Assembly (NCBI GenBank): GCA_951406725.2
Contig: OX597831.1
Location: 14,322,001 to 14,386,000, forward strand
Length of the DNA: 64,000 bases
Source: Octopus vulgaris
Taxonomy: Eukaryota
Direction: 5' to 3'
A program made the translations under genes and the position numbers. The stretch's first letter is position 1; every line of letters starts with the position of its first letter. The notes under the pieces are model-generated. The model was given only the letters and a program-made list of their open reading frames with translations, was not told where the DNA came from and made no database searches. Of the stretch, positions 27,051 to 39,447 are shown piece by piece.

Positions 27051-27384
27051 AAAATTACTATTTTGAAATCTCACGACGTGAGATATTCATCAACAGTACT
27101 TTGTAGTAAAGATTGTTCACCAACATAACATGGTAGTCCTGGTTTAGGACAAATGTTCCTGTAATTTAACCCCAGGAGACATCATCTCCAGCTGGCTATA
27201 TGACATGATCTCTGCACTCACATTTTCAAACAAGCGGGTGCTAGATTCCCTTGTTCAAAAATATAAGGACACAGATTGTGTTGTATAGCCAGCTGGAGAC
27301 GATGTCTCCTGGGGATAAGTTACAGCAACATTCGTCCTAAACCAAGACTGCCATGTTACGTTGGCAAACAATCTTTATTACAAA
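27051..27384. repeat. Fold-back (inverted dimer) repeat, copy 1
   Basis: Arms about 27101-27230 and 27255-27384; same family at 32374-32628. Confidence 0.85.
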
Positions 27385-27891
27385 ATGAGTTATAATGGAT
27401 ATCAATGAAATAATTATAAACTAAACAATCAGCAATTTGCTAACCAAATTCTTTTAGATTTTTTAAAATCATAAATATAAAGCAATTTTTTTTTATCATA
27501 TATATAAAGTAATTACAATTTGAGTCTTAAGTGTAGTATTTATGTCATAACCTTGTGCTATTAGTTATATATATCTTAATTAAACAGCTATTACAATGTG
27601 TAACATAGACATATACTGGTACGTTACTAATGAAATTCTTGATTTAATAAGATTATCTTCACCTGTAAATGATGCACTATAATTACCAAATGGTAATTAA
27701 AACCATCTCCACATGGGAAGAGGAGATAACCCCAAGATTCAAGAATTCTCTAAAATTAACATGCCACAAAGGAAAAGTGCAGGCATATTGTCTGGAGATA
27801 AGAGGACAATCTTAGACATATTTCTCGCTTAATAGTCTTCATCAGCACAGCAGTTGTTTGAGCTTATCTCCAGCAGCCAGAGGAGTTAGAC

Positions 27892-28141
27892 CAGTGGTTC
27901 TCAGCTAGGGTTCACATGGCCCTTAGGGGTCCATGTAACATGTTGCCACAATTTATGCGCAATGAACTGATTATACTAGTCCGATACACAAAATATTTTA
28001 AACAGCTCTTTTTTATACAATCGCTATTAATATCTAATTATAAAAAGGGGTTCTTAAACATCAAATGGCTAAGGGGGCTTGTCCAAATAAAATAGAGACC
28101 AAAAGGGGTCCATAGATAACAAAATGGTTTGAGAACCACTG
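27892..28141. mobile_element. hAT (Charlie-like) MITE
   Basis: TIR CAGTGGTTCTCA/TGAGAACCACTG; 8-bp flanks AGTTAGAC/ATTGAGAC (6 of 8 match). Confidence 0.8.
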
Positions 28142-29433
28142 ATTGAGACTCATAGCAACATGCCAGTCTTTGTCTATGTTATTCAAACACATGCCTTTGG
28201 CCGTTTTTGAGTTATTCCTTTTTAGCTCGTTTTTGTTGATATTATGATGTGTCTTTAACTATTGAATTTTTGTCATAGCTGTAGCGTTGGAGTCATAAAT
28301 GTAGTGTTTGGTGTCATAAATGGATGTAACTTTGTGATGTAGAGGTAGCAGTTTGGTAAAGTTGTTTTCTGTTACATGTAGTCTGAATGTTTACTGATGT
28401 TCAATTACTTTCACTCTGGATGGCGATTGCTTTGTTGTGTTTCAATGCTAAGATGCTTCAGCCAGGCATTGTTTTGTATGAACCGTAGATAAACAAAAAA
28501 AAAGAAAATAAAGAAAAAAACAAACAGGTGCTTTGAATGAAGTTTTTGTTAATTATTCATATATTTATTTGTATTTATGCTTGTGCCTTCTCTTGCCATT
28601 AGACAGTATGTGGCAACTGTAGGTGTATGTATAATATGTGTGTGCATGTGTGTGTATACACACACAATCACACACATACACATATATACATACACATATA
28701 TATACATATATGTATATATATATGTATATATATGTGTGTGTGTATATATATATATATACACACACACATACATATATATACATATATATATATATACATA
28801 CATATATGTATGTATGTATATATATAGATAATAGGAAAGAGCATATACATACTTGTACATCACTGTAGTCTCCATGTGTGTGTGTAGGTATGTGTATAGA
28901 TATGAACATGTGTGTATGTGTGTGTTTGTGTAATCAGTGTTGCTATGTCTGCTTTCCATGCTGTCTTGGGTTGAATGAGACTTTTTGCAGTAGTCTTCTG
29001 CATCCAGATGCCTTTCTTGTATGTAGATTACAGTGATATACATTAGGAGTTGTTGTTGATGTTGTTGTTGTTATTGTTCAGCCCTAGGTCAGTGCTCATC
29101 CCACAGACCTGTAATCATGTGTTCCCCTTTGACCATCCCTATTTTTTTTTTATTGTTGAGCATTGAGTGTCCAAGATTACATTAACTAATAACTGCTCCA
29201 CTTTTCAAGATGATAAACTGTAATTTAAGGGTGACTTTGCTGCTATTTCTAGAGCATCAATTAACCATGTGGGAGCTTTGTTGTTGGCTTGTACCTACTG
29301 TAGCCATTTACTTTTTCAAGTATTTTTTGTTGTAATTATTGTAAATCTGTTGATATATGTTACATTTACTAAACACACTCAGCTTTGTTACATAAACATA
29401 TTTTGTAATTAAACCTCTGGGCTCTCTCTGCAG

Positions 29434-29616
29434 GATGAACCTGAGATCAGCTGGACTAGTTTCACCCGGTTATTGCCATCTCATCTACTACATCTAATCC
29501 TATCCATCCTACAGAGAAAGCAAGCTGTTTACTTATTATTCACAAAAATACCATGGATAATAATCCTCAATTTTATTCATTTACGTCATAATACAGTCAC
29601 TGGTAGAGGGTGCTGA
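29434..29616 (+). CDS. Candidate alternative terminal exon
   Basis: CTCTCTCTGCAG acceptor; phase 0 reads DEPEISWTSF...GRGC* (60 aa), phase 1 reads G*. Confidence 0.3.
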   Translation, partial: DEPEISWTSFTRLLPSHLLHLILSILQRKQAVYLLFTKIPWIIILNFIHLRHNTVTGRGC

Positions 29617-29716
29617 TCCTTTCATTACCAAAATCCAAATTAAATAGAGTTTCAATGGATTATTAAAATAATAAAGAATTTAGTCGAGTAACTTAGTCAT
29701 TATCAAACTAGTATTT

Positions 29717-29932
29717 AAGGCAGTGAACTGGCAGAATCGTTAGCAAGCCAGGTGAAATGCTTAGCGGTATTTCGTCTGCCGTTACGTTCTGAGGTCAAAT
29801 TCCACCGAGGTTGACTTTGCCTTTCATCCTTTCGGGGTCGATTAAATAAGTACCAGTTACGCACTGGGGCCAATAAAATCGACTATCCCCCTCCTCAAAA
29901 TTTCAGGCATTGTGCTTATAGTAGAAAGGATT
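29717..29932 (+). mobile_element. Nin-like tRNA SINE
   Basis: AAGGCAGTGAACTGGCAGAATCGTTAGC...GCCTTTCATCCTTTCGGGGTCGA..AGTACCAGTTACGCACTGGGG. Confidence 0.85.
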
Positions 29933-30070
29933 ATTAAACTGGTATTTGAAACATCAATTAACTTGAAATCTTGAAGGAAGATTTGAATTTTGATCACTTC
30001 AACCATTTTGTTTCGATTAATTTTTGAATTCTGAAAATAATGAAGAATTCAGTAAAATAACTTTGTTGTT

Positions 30071-30487
30071 TGTTATTTACATTATTTACATTTGACGCAT
30101 ATTTGGCCCCATCTTGTTTGTTGTAAACACAACATTTCGGCTGATCTACCCTCCAGCCTTCATCAGGAAAATATTAGATTTATAAACCCTAAAATTCACT
30201 CCATAATTGCCCACGGGCATATGGTGTACTGGTTAAAAGCACGGGCTACTAACCCCAAGATTCCGAGTTTGATTCCAGGCAGTGACCTGAATAATAATAA
30301 TAGTAATACTAATATCAAAAAATACCATAGGAACGAGAACCCAGCTTCGAAATTTCCCCCAAGACACCTGATGAAGGCTGGAGGGTACACCAGCCGAAAA
30401 GTTGTGTTAACAACTAACAAAATGAGGACAAATATCCGTCAAATGTAAATAGTGTACATAATTCCTCATTTCTTAAATATAGAACTG
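30071..30487 (+). mobile_element. tRNA-headed, hammerhead-containing PLE-type retroposon with 5' inverted arm (copy A)
   Basis: 12-bp TSD AACTTTGTTGTT (30059-30070, 30488-30499); inverted arm 30071-30167; A/B-box head at about 30215-30288; (AAT)n spacer; hammerhead 30363-30408. Confidence 0.8.
30363..30408 (+). ncRNA. Minimal Penelope-type hammerhead ribozyme motif
   Basis: GACAC-CTGATGA-A-GGCTGG[agggtaca]CCAGCC-GAAA-AGTT-GTGTT; family consensus GAAACGTT. Confidence 0.75.
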
Positions 30488-30745
30488 AACTTTGTTGTTA
30501 TTAAGATATGTATTTGGAACAGAAATTAACTTGAAATTTTGAAGAAAAGTTTAATTTAGTCCATTTTAAAACAGGAAGATTTTTGCATTGTAGAAGCAGG
30601 AGTGGTTTGAGGTGAGTTGGTATCTAAAGGGTGAATATGTCACTGAAATTCAGTGCTGAGGTATAATTGTCAGTGTGGGAATAAAATGTGTTTGTTTAAT
30701 AAATGCTATTTGCCCTAACTCTGGTTTTCCTTTCTTCCATTTCAG

Positions 30746-31431
30746 ATACGATCCATGAAAATTCCTCACCGCACATGTTCCGCCTTTTTAATTCGCTTAA
30801 AACTGCAGGGAACGGAAGCAAGCCACGTCAAGGTTCCGTTGCAAGTATTCAGTCAATCAACAGCATCCCTGTTAATCAAATAAACTTTAAAGGTAGCTCC
30901 GTCATTAAAAAGGATGGTTCCGTAGTCATTATGAAAGACGGCAAAATCGTGTGTGTACGTCAAAACCCTAGCCATAAAAAACTGTCCGACAGTTCGAATT
31001 CTTCAAGTTTTGAAGAGAAAAGACCCTCCCTTGCAAGCATCCCCAGTGGTTCAGCATTCAAGTTCAACATCGGAGATTTCTCGACTCTGGATGAATATTC
31101 TGAAGAAATCGATGATTCCGACTCTTTAAATACATCTGACTCCTACGGCCAATTGAAAGACGCGCAACATAACAAAAAATTCTCTTTAGATAGCATCGGC
31201 GAAAATGAAAGTGAGGATCAAGTTTTCATCTGTCCTGACGCTGAACAAGACTCTTACAGGGAAAGTTCTGGAAGGCAAAGACTGAGATTTAATATAGATG
31301 AAGATATGTCTCAAACAAATCATGATGGAGGCGATAGAGATAGTGGGAGCTTAAGGGAGGCCATATCCCAGTCTTTAAGTTCAGAGAACACAGCACCTGA
31401 CAGCACAACTTCCAACGGTTATCTCCATTAA
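30746..31431 (+). CDS. Terminal coding exon of an unidentified gene; Ser/acidic, probably disordered regulatory tail
   Basis: CTAAC branch point at about 30715, pyrimidine tract, CAG acceptor (30743-30745); 228-codon non-repetitive ORF (D)TIHENSSPH...SNGYLH*; followed by UTR-like unique sequence. Confidence 0.85.
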
Positions 31432-32373
31432 CAAAAAATACCCCCCCCCCAAAAAAAAAATGCCAAAAAAATTTCAAACTGTTATTATTGTGTTATTGTG
31501 TGTCTTAATTTATCCAAAACTGTAAACAGCCATGAAGAAAAGAAAGAAAGACCAAAAAAAAAAGAAATAAGCAAGAGAAAAAACCGGAATCCTTTATTTG
31601 TGTCTGTCTGTCTAAAGTGGCTGAATCTTGTTTAAAAGTTCTTGAAACGCCAGCAATTCTTAGATATTTTGTATCTTTCAGTATGTAAACCTTAACCCTA
31701 ACCCTAACTGGAGTGTTGCTTCTAATTTACCTGCCCTTGCCTCTACTTAACTGTTGCCGAATTCACCAGATGGCATTCAAGATTGCAGCAGTGCTTTTTG
31801 AAGATTTTTTTTTATAATTCTGAAAAGACCAAAGAAAAGAAAAAAAAAAAAATTCCACATTTTTTTTTTATTTGTTTTCGTTGATTTAATTGGACGATTT
31901 GACTCTCATCCTGTCTGTAAGTTTCACATCAGCTTCAACTGTACCACCATCATGTACATGCAACTCAGCATTCTAGAAGAGTGCACAGCATTGTTTCTAA
32001 GAGTGCAGCATTATGAAATGCAGCAGCATCGGTTTTGCATTGCTTTTTCGGGGTTTGGTTTACTGTTTCTGGTGTTATTCCAGTGCTTCATCTGTTACGT
32101 AGACCACATCCAGTTTGAGATGATGTGTTATCTTGTTGCGTGGTGTCTATGTTATCTGATTGGTATCAAGTGTTTCAGTGTAGAATGTGGTGTTTCCCAT
32201 GTGTTACGTAATTGGTGTGGCTTGTTTTACTACCAAATACTGAAGACGTAGATCATATTACGTATAGGGTTGTACTTTATTAGACCTTTTGCGGCAGAGG
32301 TCTGTTATGCATATTCAAAATTCCATTATCCTTAACTGCAGAAAGCAGATCAGATTTATATACCAATTTATCT

Positions 32374-32628
32374 GAAAATTACTATTTTTAAATCTCACAA
32401 CAAGAGATTTTCAGCAACAGTACTTTGTAGTAAAGATTGTTTGCCAACATAACATGGCAGTCCTGGTTTAGGACGAATGTTGCTCTAATTTAGCCCCAGG
32501 AGACATCGTCTCCAGCTGGCTATACGACATGATCTGTGTCCTTATATTTTCGGTGTCTCCTGAGGCTAAATTACAGCAACATTCGTCCTAAATCAGGACT
32601 ACCTTGTTATGTTGGCAAACAATCTTTA
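32374..32628. repeat. Fold-back repeat, copy 2 (asymmetric junction)
   Basis: Same family as 27051-27384; the right arm (32553-32628) starts at a different internal point. Confidence 0.85.
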
Positions 32629-32873
32629 CACCAATCTATCTGTCATTCAGATATGTTATGTTTGAAACTATTTTCTCGTGAGATATGTTGAGTTTATTAA
32701 AGAACATGACTCACAGAAAATACTGATTCTCTTTGTTGTTAGGTGTTTAACATTGTTGCTGGAATAACCATGGAATTTGATTTTGCAGTGAAAGGGTTAA
32801 TGTGGAGAGTTATGTAAAGCATAAATTTTGTAAATTGTTGATGTTTTAATGTTGGATATCCTCTATAAATAAG

Positions 32874-33394
32874 TTTGTGTTGTGCTGCTTTTATTGGGTG
32901 ACATTCATGTTGTGACCATTGTTTAGTAGCAGTTGTGTGTATGGTGTGTCCTTCTGCATGTTGTGTTGTTTTATTGGGCAGTTAATGTATAGGGCATGTG
33001 TTGTGTGTGCAGGGTCTGTGTTGCTTCTGTTACAATACGGAAAAGAAGGTGTTATACATATGATGTGGGATTCACCCAACAGAACTACATTTCCAACATT
33101 ATGTAACGTTGTAGGTCCAGGACGGTTTGTGTCGTTTCTGTTCATTAGTTTCATCATACCTAATTCTCTAATTATTACTGATACTCTCAGTATATACACA
33201 CTTGAAACAACTGAGCTTAAAATAGTGATATATATATACATCGCGTATAACATGTTTGTACACAGTGAGTGCCCTGTGCACATTTCGGTATTTATCAATG
33301 TGTTATAAATGAGATACATGCATTGCTGTTATTGGCCCCTGTTTTCACTGTCATGCTCCACATCCTGCTTATTTCAGTTTCAAGGTCCTTGCAT
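32874..33394 (+). repeat. Local duplication, copy 1
   Basis: Near-identical to 34962-35419 plus 35761-35837. Confidence 0.9.
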
Positions 33395-34961
33395 TTTGAC
33401 AGACTTTCCAAGTTCTTTCAGGCAATGTTCAGGTCAGAATGTGTCAACAATGTTTATCAGAACAAAAGCATTTCCAATCCAGTCCTTGATTATTAAATCC
33501 AAACAGTTTGCATTGATCTCCTTGTCAGGACGGATATGTCCCATGTGATTGTGGCCAGGTCATCGCCAGGGACTCTGCTTGTTACATATTTATACTACTT
33601 GTCCTTTTTTTCACATTGATGTGTTGACGTATGGTCTAGAGGACATAACTCCCTGACTCAATTATATCTGTGAATAGACAAAAACTGGGTTGCCAGAACT
33701 GCTGTGTTTAACTGTCTGATTATACAAGTTGCATTTGGTGTTTGCATCATTTTCTCTTCATTTTAGATTTTCTAATCGTCTGACTCTAGACATTGGTTCT
33801 TTGTAGCTAAAACCAGATCTGATTCTCCTTTCAATCCAGAGCTTTTGAATTATTGTTGTCTTTCTCTCTGCCTTACTTCCCTTCTATTGGCCATGGAGTG
33901 GTTTTTCTTTCCATTACTTCAGAATTTTTGTTTTTCAGTTTTCTTTCATTTGTTTTGTTTTTATCTAAATCTTTTTCTTCGGTGGAGTCAGTTGTCAGTT
34001 TCTAATTTATTGCTTCCTTCTCTGCCCAGAAAAATTTTGTTTGCTTTTGTTATGTTTTCCTTCATTACACAATTCTCTTTCCCTTTGTTTGCTTCTAAAC
34101 ATTTTTCTTCTAACCCACCTGTTGTTATTTTGTAATAGTTTTCTAATTCTATCTGTTACCATCTTCCAAATAAGTAGCCATATCTTATCTATATCAGTAT
34201 TAGGGTGATGGCTTTGAAACACACTTAGTAGTTCTCAGGTTTTTCTCACTAAGATCCTTAATTCACTTCCAATTTATTATGTTGAAGCTTTACTTGAATC
34301 CCAGGTTGGCTACGGTATTAACTCCCATTATCTTATGTCTAGCATTAAATTCACTTTATAATATCACTATGACGCTTCTGTAATAATCTTTCCTAATTTT
34401 GTAATTCATTTCTGTAATATTTTATCAGTTTTATCCCCCCCCCCCCCTCACTATTTATATGTTTCCTTCTGGTTTAGTTCTCTCATTTCAATGTCTGCAT
34501 CTTATTTAAACTTCTCGGTCATCGTTAATTTACTTCTTTTATTCGTATGCGTAACACCAACTCAACCTAATTGCTAGACTAAATTTACAAACAAATTTCC
34601 AACCGATTTTTCCTGACCAACACTTCTAAATATTCTAAAATCATCCATATTACATATTTAGGAGATGGTTTATAGCAGACGTGGGCAACCTTTCTCAAGT
34701 AGCACACTGCATAGGACACCGCTTATCATCAGGGAACCTGCACTACTAAAAGCATTCAAGTCAATTTTTCATTAGGCATCCCATTTCAAATGTCTCATGA
34801 GGTTTCTAGTTCATCCATAACATCTGTAAGCCATTGGTGGTTTCATTAAACATATTTATTAAAGCAATCAGAGTTAGGTGCAAAAAGTGGAGGGTATAAG
34901 GAGTGCCCTTTGGAAGATCCTTTTTCTTATGAGCATAAGGCTGGATTTAATTATCTCCTAT

Positions 34962-35837
34962 TTTGTGTTGTGCTGCTTTTATTGGGTGACATTCATGTTG
35001 TGACCATTGTTTAGTAGCAGTTGTGTGTATGGTGTGTCCTTCTGCATGTTGTGTTGTTTTATTGGGCAGTTAATGTATAGGGCATGTGTTGTGTGTGCAG
35101 GGTCTGTGTTGCTTCTGTTACAATACGGAAAAGAAAAGGTGTTATACATATGATGTGGGATTCACCCAACAGAACTACATTTCCAACATTATGTAATGTT
35201 GTGGGTCCAGGACGGTTTGTGTCATTTCTGTTCATTAGTTTCATCATACCTAATTCTCTAATTATTACTGATACTCTCAGTATATACACACTTGAAACAA
35301 CTGAGCTTAAAATAGTGATATATATACATCGCGTATAACATGTTTATACACAGTGAGTGCCCTGTGCACATTTCGGTATTTATCAATGTGTTATAAATGA
35401 GATATCTGCATTGCTGTTGTAAAGGTGCATGGCTCAGTGGTTAGAGCATCGAGCTTACAATCGGGAGGTTGAGAGTTTGAATCCCGGACCGGGCTGCATG
35501 TTGTGTTCTTGAGCAAGACACTTTATCTCATGTTGCTCCAGTTTATTCAGCTGTAGAAATGAGTTGCGACGTCACAGGTGCCAAGCTGTATCGGCCCCTT
35601 TGCCTTTTCCCTTGGATAACACTGGTGGCAAGGAGAGGGGAGGCCGGTATGCATGGGTGACTGCTGGTGTTCCATAAACAAACTTGCCTGGACTTGTTCC
35701 TTTGAGAGTAACTTTCTAGGTGCAATCCCATGGTCAGTGTCATGACCGAAGGGGGTCTTATGCATTACTGTTATTGGCCCCTGTTTTTCACTGTCGTGCT
35801 CCACATCCTGCTTGTTTCAGTTTCAAGGTCCTTGCAT
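34962..35837 (+). repeat. Local duplication, copy 2, interrupted by a SINE
   Basis: Colinear with 32874-33394 apart from a few substitutions/indels and the SINE. Confidence 0.9.
35421..35760 (+). mobile_element. Full-length tRNA-derived SINE
   Basis: A box TGGCTCAGTGG, B box GTTTGAATCC, GTGTTCTTGAGCAAGACACTT domain; TSD TGCATT(G/A)CTGTT; second copy at 55133-55470 (-). Confidence 0.9.
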
Positions 35838-37273
35838 GGTTGTTACATTTCTGTCTTCTCACTTGGAGCTGTTTGCTGACTTGTTGCCTTGTTGCTAGTA
35901 GTTACATTTTTTCCCTCAAATGTTGCTCTTATCATGTCGGCTTCATCTTCTATCGTTTTTCCCTGAGGTTCTCCTCAGTATTATCTCTGCTCGATCTGTT
36001 GAGCTGTATGATCTTGTTCTGTTTTTCTGCTGAGTGTATTGTTGAATCTATATTTTTATTGTGACTGTGTATGTAACTCAATATGAACAGAACTCATTTG
36101 AACCCCTTAAAATGGCTTCAGTTGTTGGGTGTCACTATCACCAAGGATGTCCTTGAAATATCTTGGATTGCATCTCAATGATTGGCCCATTTCCATACCA
36201 GATGGTACTTGAGGCCCCAAAATTATTGATACTATAAGGTTTAGTTGCGTCCTACTGTGCACACTCAGATACCCAGAACTGCTCCCTGAAAAGGACCATG
36301 TGACCAGCATTAAGTAAGTCACAGAAATGCTCCAACCGCTGGCCCCAAACGCATGCTTCGTCTCCTCTCTCTGCCATTCTACTATTAGTATTATGGCCTC
36401 TGTATGTTGGATGTGACTGGGTTCATCCCACTACTCTCTCTTCTCATCACACTTGTGTCCATCCTCATGCAGACCCAGGCCTTCCTCTCTTTAACGTCAT
36501 CCCACTGGAATCCCATCCTTGTTCCATCTTTTCTCTAGATATTAACTCACAAAACTTTATAAGGAATGCTAAATCAATTTCCTCAGTCTAGGAAGGCCTC
36601 AAAGACAATGAGCATTACTGATTCCCCTTGACCTAACAATTTACAAAAACCCGACGGAGAATTCTATAATCTTCATTATCATTTTTGATAAATTCTTTTC
36701 CATTAATGGTATATTTGTCTTACTGCTTTGTTTGTTTCTTGCGAGTCAGAATCTTTATTATTTTTCATTGTGTTTCAAGGTTTCCCTCTGTTATGCACAT
36801 GGGGTCACCTCTGTCTTGTTACTTATGTGGTCACCTCTGGATTTCATATTTGCTGAGCGTTGATGCGATGGTTTCAGTGATTTGTTGAAGGTCCTCTTTC
36901 GTCAGATTTTATTCTTTATTTTGTATTCTTATTCTCCTTAAGGGTTGTTCTCTTTCACTTCTCAGATTCTTATTTATTACTAGACTACCCGTGACCTGGT
37001 GGGCCATGGGCAGTACAAGGTACCCGAGAAAACTATGTATCTCTGGAGCCCATGGTCCGATTTACGTGAAGCTTGTTTTATTCCATTTGTATTCACATTT
37101 CAATGGTACTTTACTTTCATAGTATTTTCCCATTATGTGCTGGTTTGGCTATTTATAAAGGTACCCCACAAAAAACCTCGTATCACAATACAGCCATGGT
37201 ACAAAATAACATAACTGGACAAGTCACTATATATATATGTGTGTGTGTATATGTGTATGTATATATATATATG

Positions 37274-37339
<66 letters not shown>

Positions 37340-37348
37340 CACATACAC

Positions 37349-37383
<35 letters not shown>

Positions 37384-37390
37384 TACACAC

Positions 37391-37421
<31 letters not shown>

Positions 37422-37455
37422 TACACACATATATATATATATATATTTATATATG

Positions 37456-37751
37456 GAGCAAATAATTGATGAAAAAATAATTTGCTAAGATATCATTGTC
37501 TCTGTTATTATCTAGTGTAACAATTTTAAAATGATAATAATATAGGCGATTACAGGCTCCAAAAATGCATTAAATAACTGAAGGATTAAAATTAATCAAA
37601 GGACATACTAAGTATGTCTACCTGCTGGAAATAACAGCCAAAACTCTTATTTAAATCGCCAAAATTTTGACAGTATAAATAAGAGTTTTGATTGTTATTT
37701 CCATAAGGTAGACATACTTAGTATGTTCTTTGATTAATTTTAATCCTTCAG
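37456..37751. repeat. Interspersed repeat ending in a 76-bp-arm hairpin
   Basis: Arms 37578-37653 and 37676-37751; left part also at about 55991-56146. Confidence 0.8.
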
Positions 37752-37757
37752 CTAAAT

Positions 37758-38160
37758 ATCATCATCATCATCATCATCATCATCATTGTTTAACGTCCGC
37801 TTTCCATGCTAGCTTTCCGTGCTAGCTTTTCCATGCTAGCTTTCCATGTGTTGGACGATTTGACTGAGGACTGGCAAACCAAATGACTCCAGTCTGATCT
37901 GGCGTAGTTTCTACAGCTGGATGCCCTTCCTAATGCCAATCACTCTGAGACTGTAGTGGGTGCTTTTATGTGCCAACAGCACGAGGGCCAGTTAGGTGGT
38001 ACTGGCAACAGCCACTCTCAAATGGTGCTTTTTATGTGCCACCTGCACAGGAGCCAGTCCAGCAGCACCTGCAATGACCTCGCTCGAATGTTTTTTCATG
38101 TGCCAGTAAGGCGACGCTGGTAGCGATCATGCTCGAATGGTGCTTTTTATGTGCCACCGG
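37758..38160 (-). mobile_element. (GAT)n-tailed SINE
   Basis: Family body with four internal units and local GCTTTCCATGCTA tandem stutter. Confidence 0.85.
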
Positions 38161-38169
38161 CAAATATAC

Positions 38170-38205
<36 letters not shown>

Positions 38206-38265
38206 TGGTTTATGTCTATCACTGTTTGAGTTGCATAATAGTGGTTTTATCTCTAATTCATATTT

Positions 38266-38330
<65 letters not shown>

Positions 38331-39447
38331 CATATTCATATATATATATATATATATATACATACATATTCATATATATATATACATACATACATATTCA
38401 TATATATATATATATATACATACATATACTTACATATGCATACATATATATATATATATATATGTCGTCCACTCATTTTTTGTAGCTATTTGATTCAGTT
38501 GTGAACATAGTTGATCCATGGATTTAATTGATCTTTCTGTCTGGTCAGATATGGGGGCATGCCCCATCGAGCATGCCACTATTTGTCAGTAATTGCTTGG
38601 GTCTTCCTGGGAAGCCCTTCAAGCCGTGTCCGAGTGGTCCCACATCCTCCATGGCCATGTGGCATGCTTGCTGACCAGCACCTGACCATCACTCCAGCTG
38701 GATCTTCAAAGAAGAAAACACAGGATCCAGATTCAGAAGATCAACTGACATGACCATCTAGTCTGAGCTGACCACTCCTGGATCAGACAAGTAACAGGAT
38801 GCACCCCTGTTTTTGTTTTTGCATATACTTGTTGGATGGATATGAAACCTGACCTATGTAATACCTATTATCTTGTGAAACATCCTGGTACCAAAGGAGT
38901 TCAGACAGTTCTTGAGGGCCCTGGACAATGGCCAAGTCTCACAACCAATCTGTTTATAACCATCATTTATTTTATTTTAAATTTGTTTTCATTAAAAGAA
39001 TGTTTTTCTCCGTCTGTTTTCATTGCCCTGAATCTCTCCACGTTCCATATTTTTGTATGTTTGCATGTTATTTAAACAATGTTTCTTTTTTTCTTTTGTT
39101 TTGTTTCTGTGTAATATTCCTCACCTGATATGTATGATATAATAAGTATAAGTGCTTTCTGGAATTATTGTGTTTTGTTTTATTTATTACCTGGCAGAAT
39201 CGTTAGCACACTCGGCAAAATGATTAATGATATTTCATGTGTCGCTACATTCTGAGTTCAAATTCCGCTGAGGTCAACTTTGCCTTTCATATTTTCAGGG
39301 GTCAATAAATTAATTGCCAGTTGAGTATTGGGGGTCAATGTAATTGACTTGTCCCCACCCACCAGATTTCAGGCCTTGTGCCTTTAACAGAAAAGATTAT
39401 CATTATTATTATTGTCATCATCATCATCATCATCATTATTATTATTA

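Noticed and set aside
30215-30288. tRNA-like sequences as functional tRNA genes (also 35421, 41598, 63548)
   Set aside because: Acceptor and T stems are imperfect and each is part of a dispersed repeat family; these are SINE-type heads.
31691-31708. CCTTAACCCTAACCCTAA telomere-like repeat
   Set aside because: Only about 3 units; compatible with chance.
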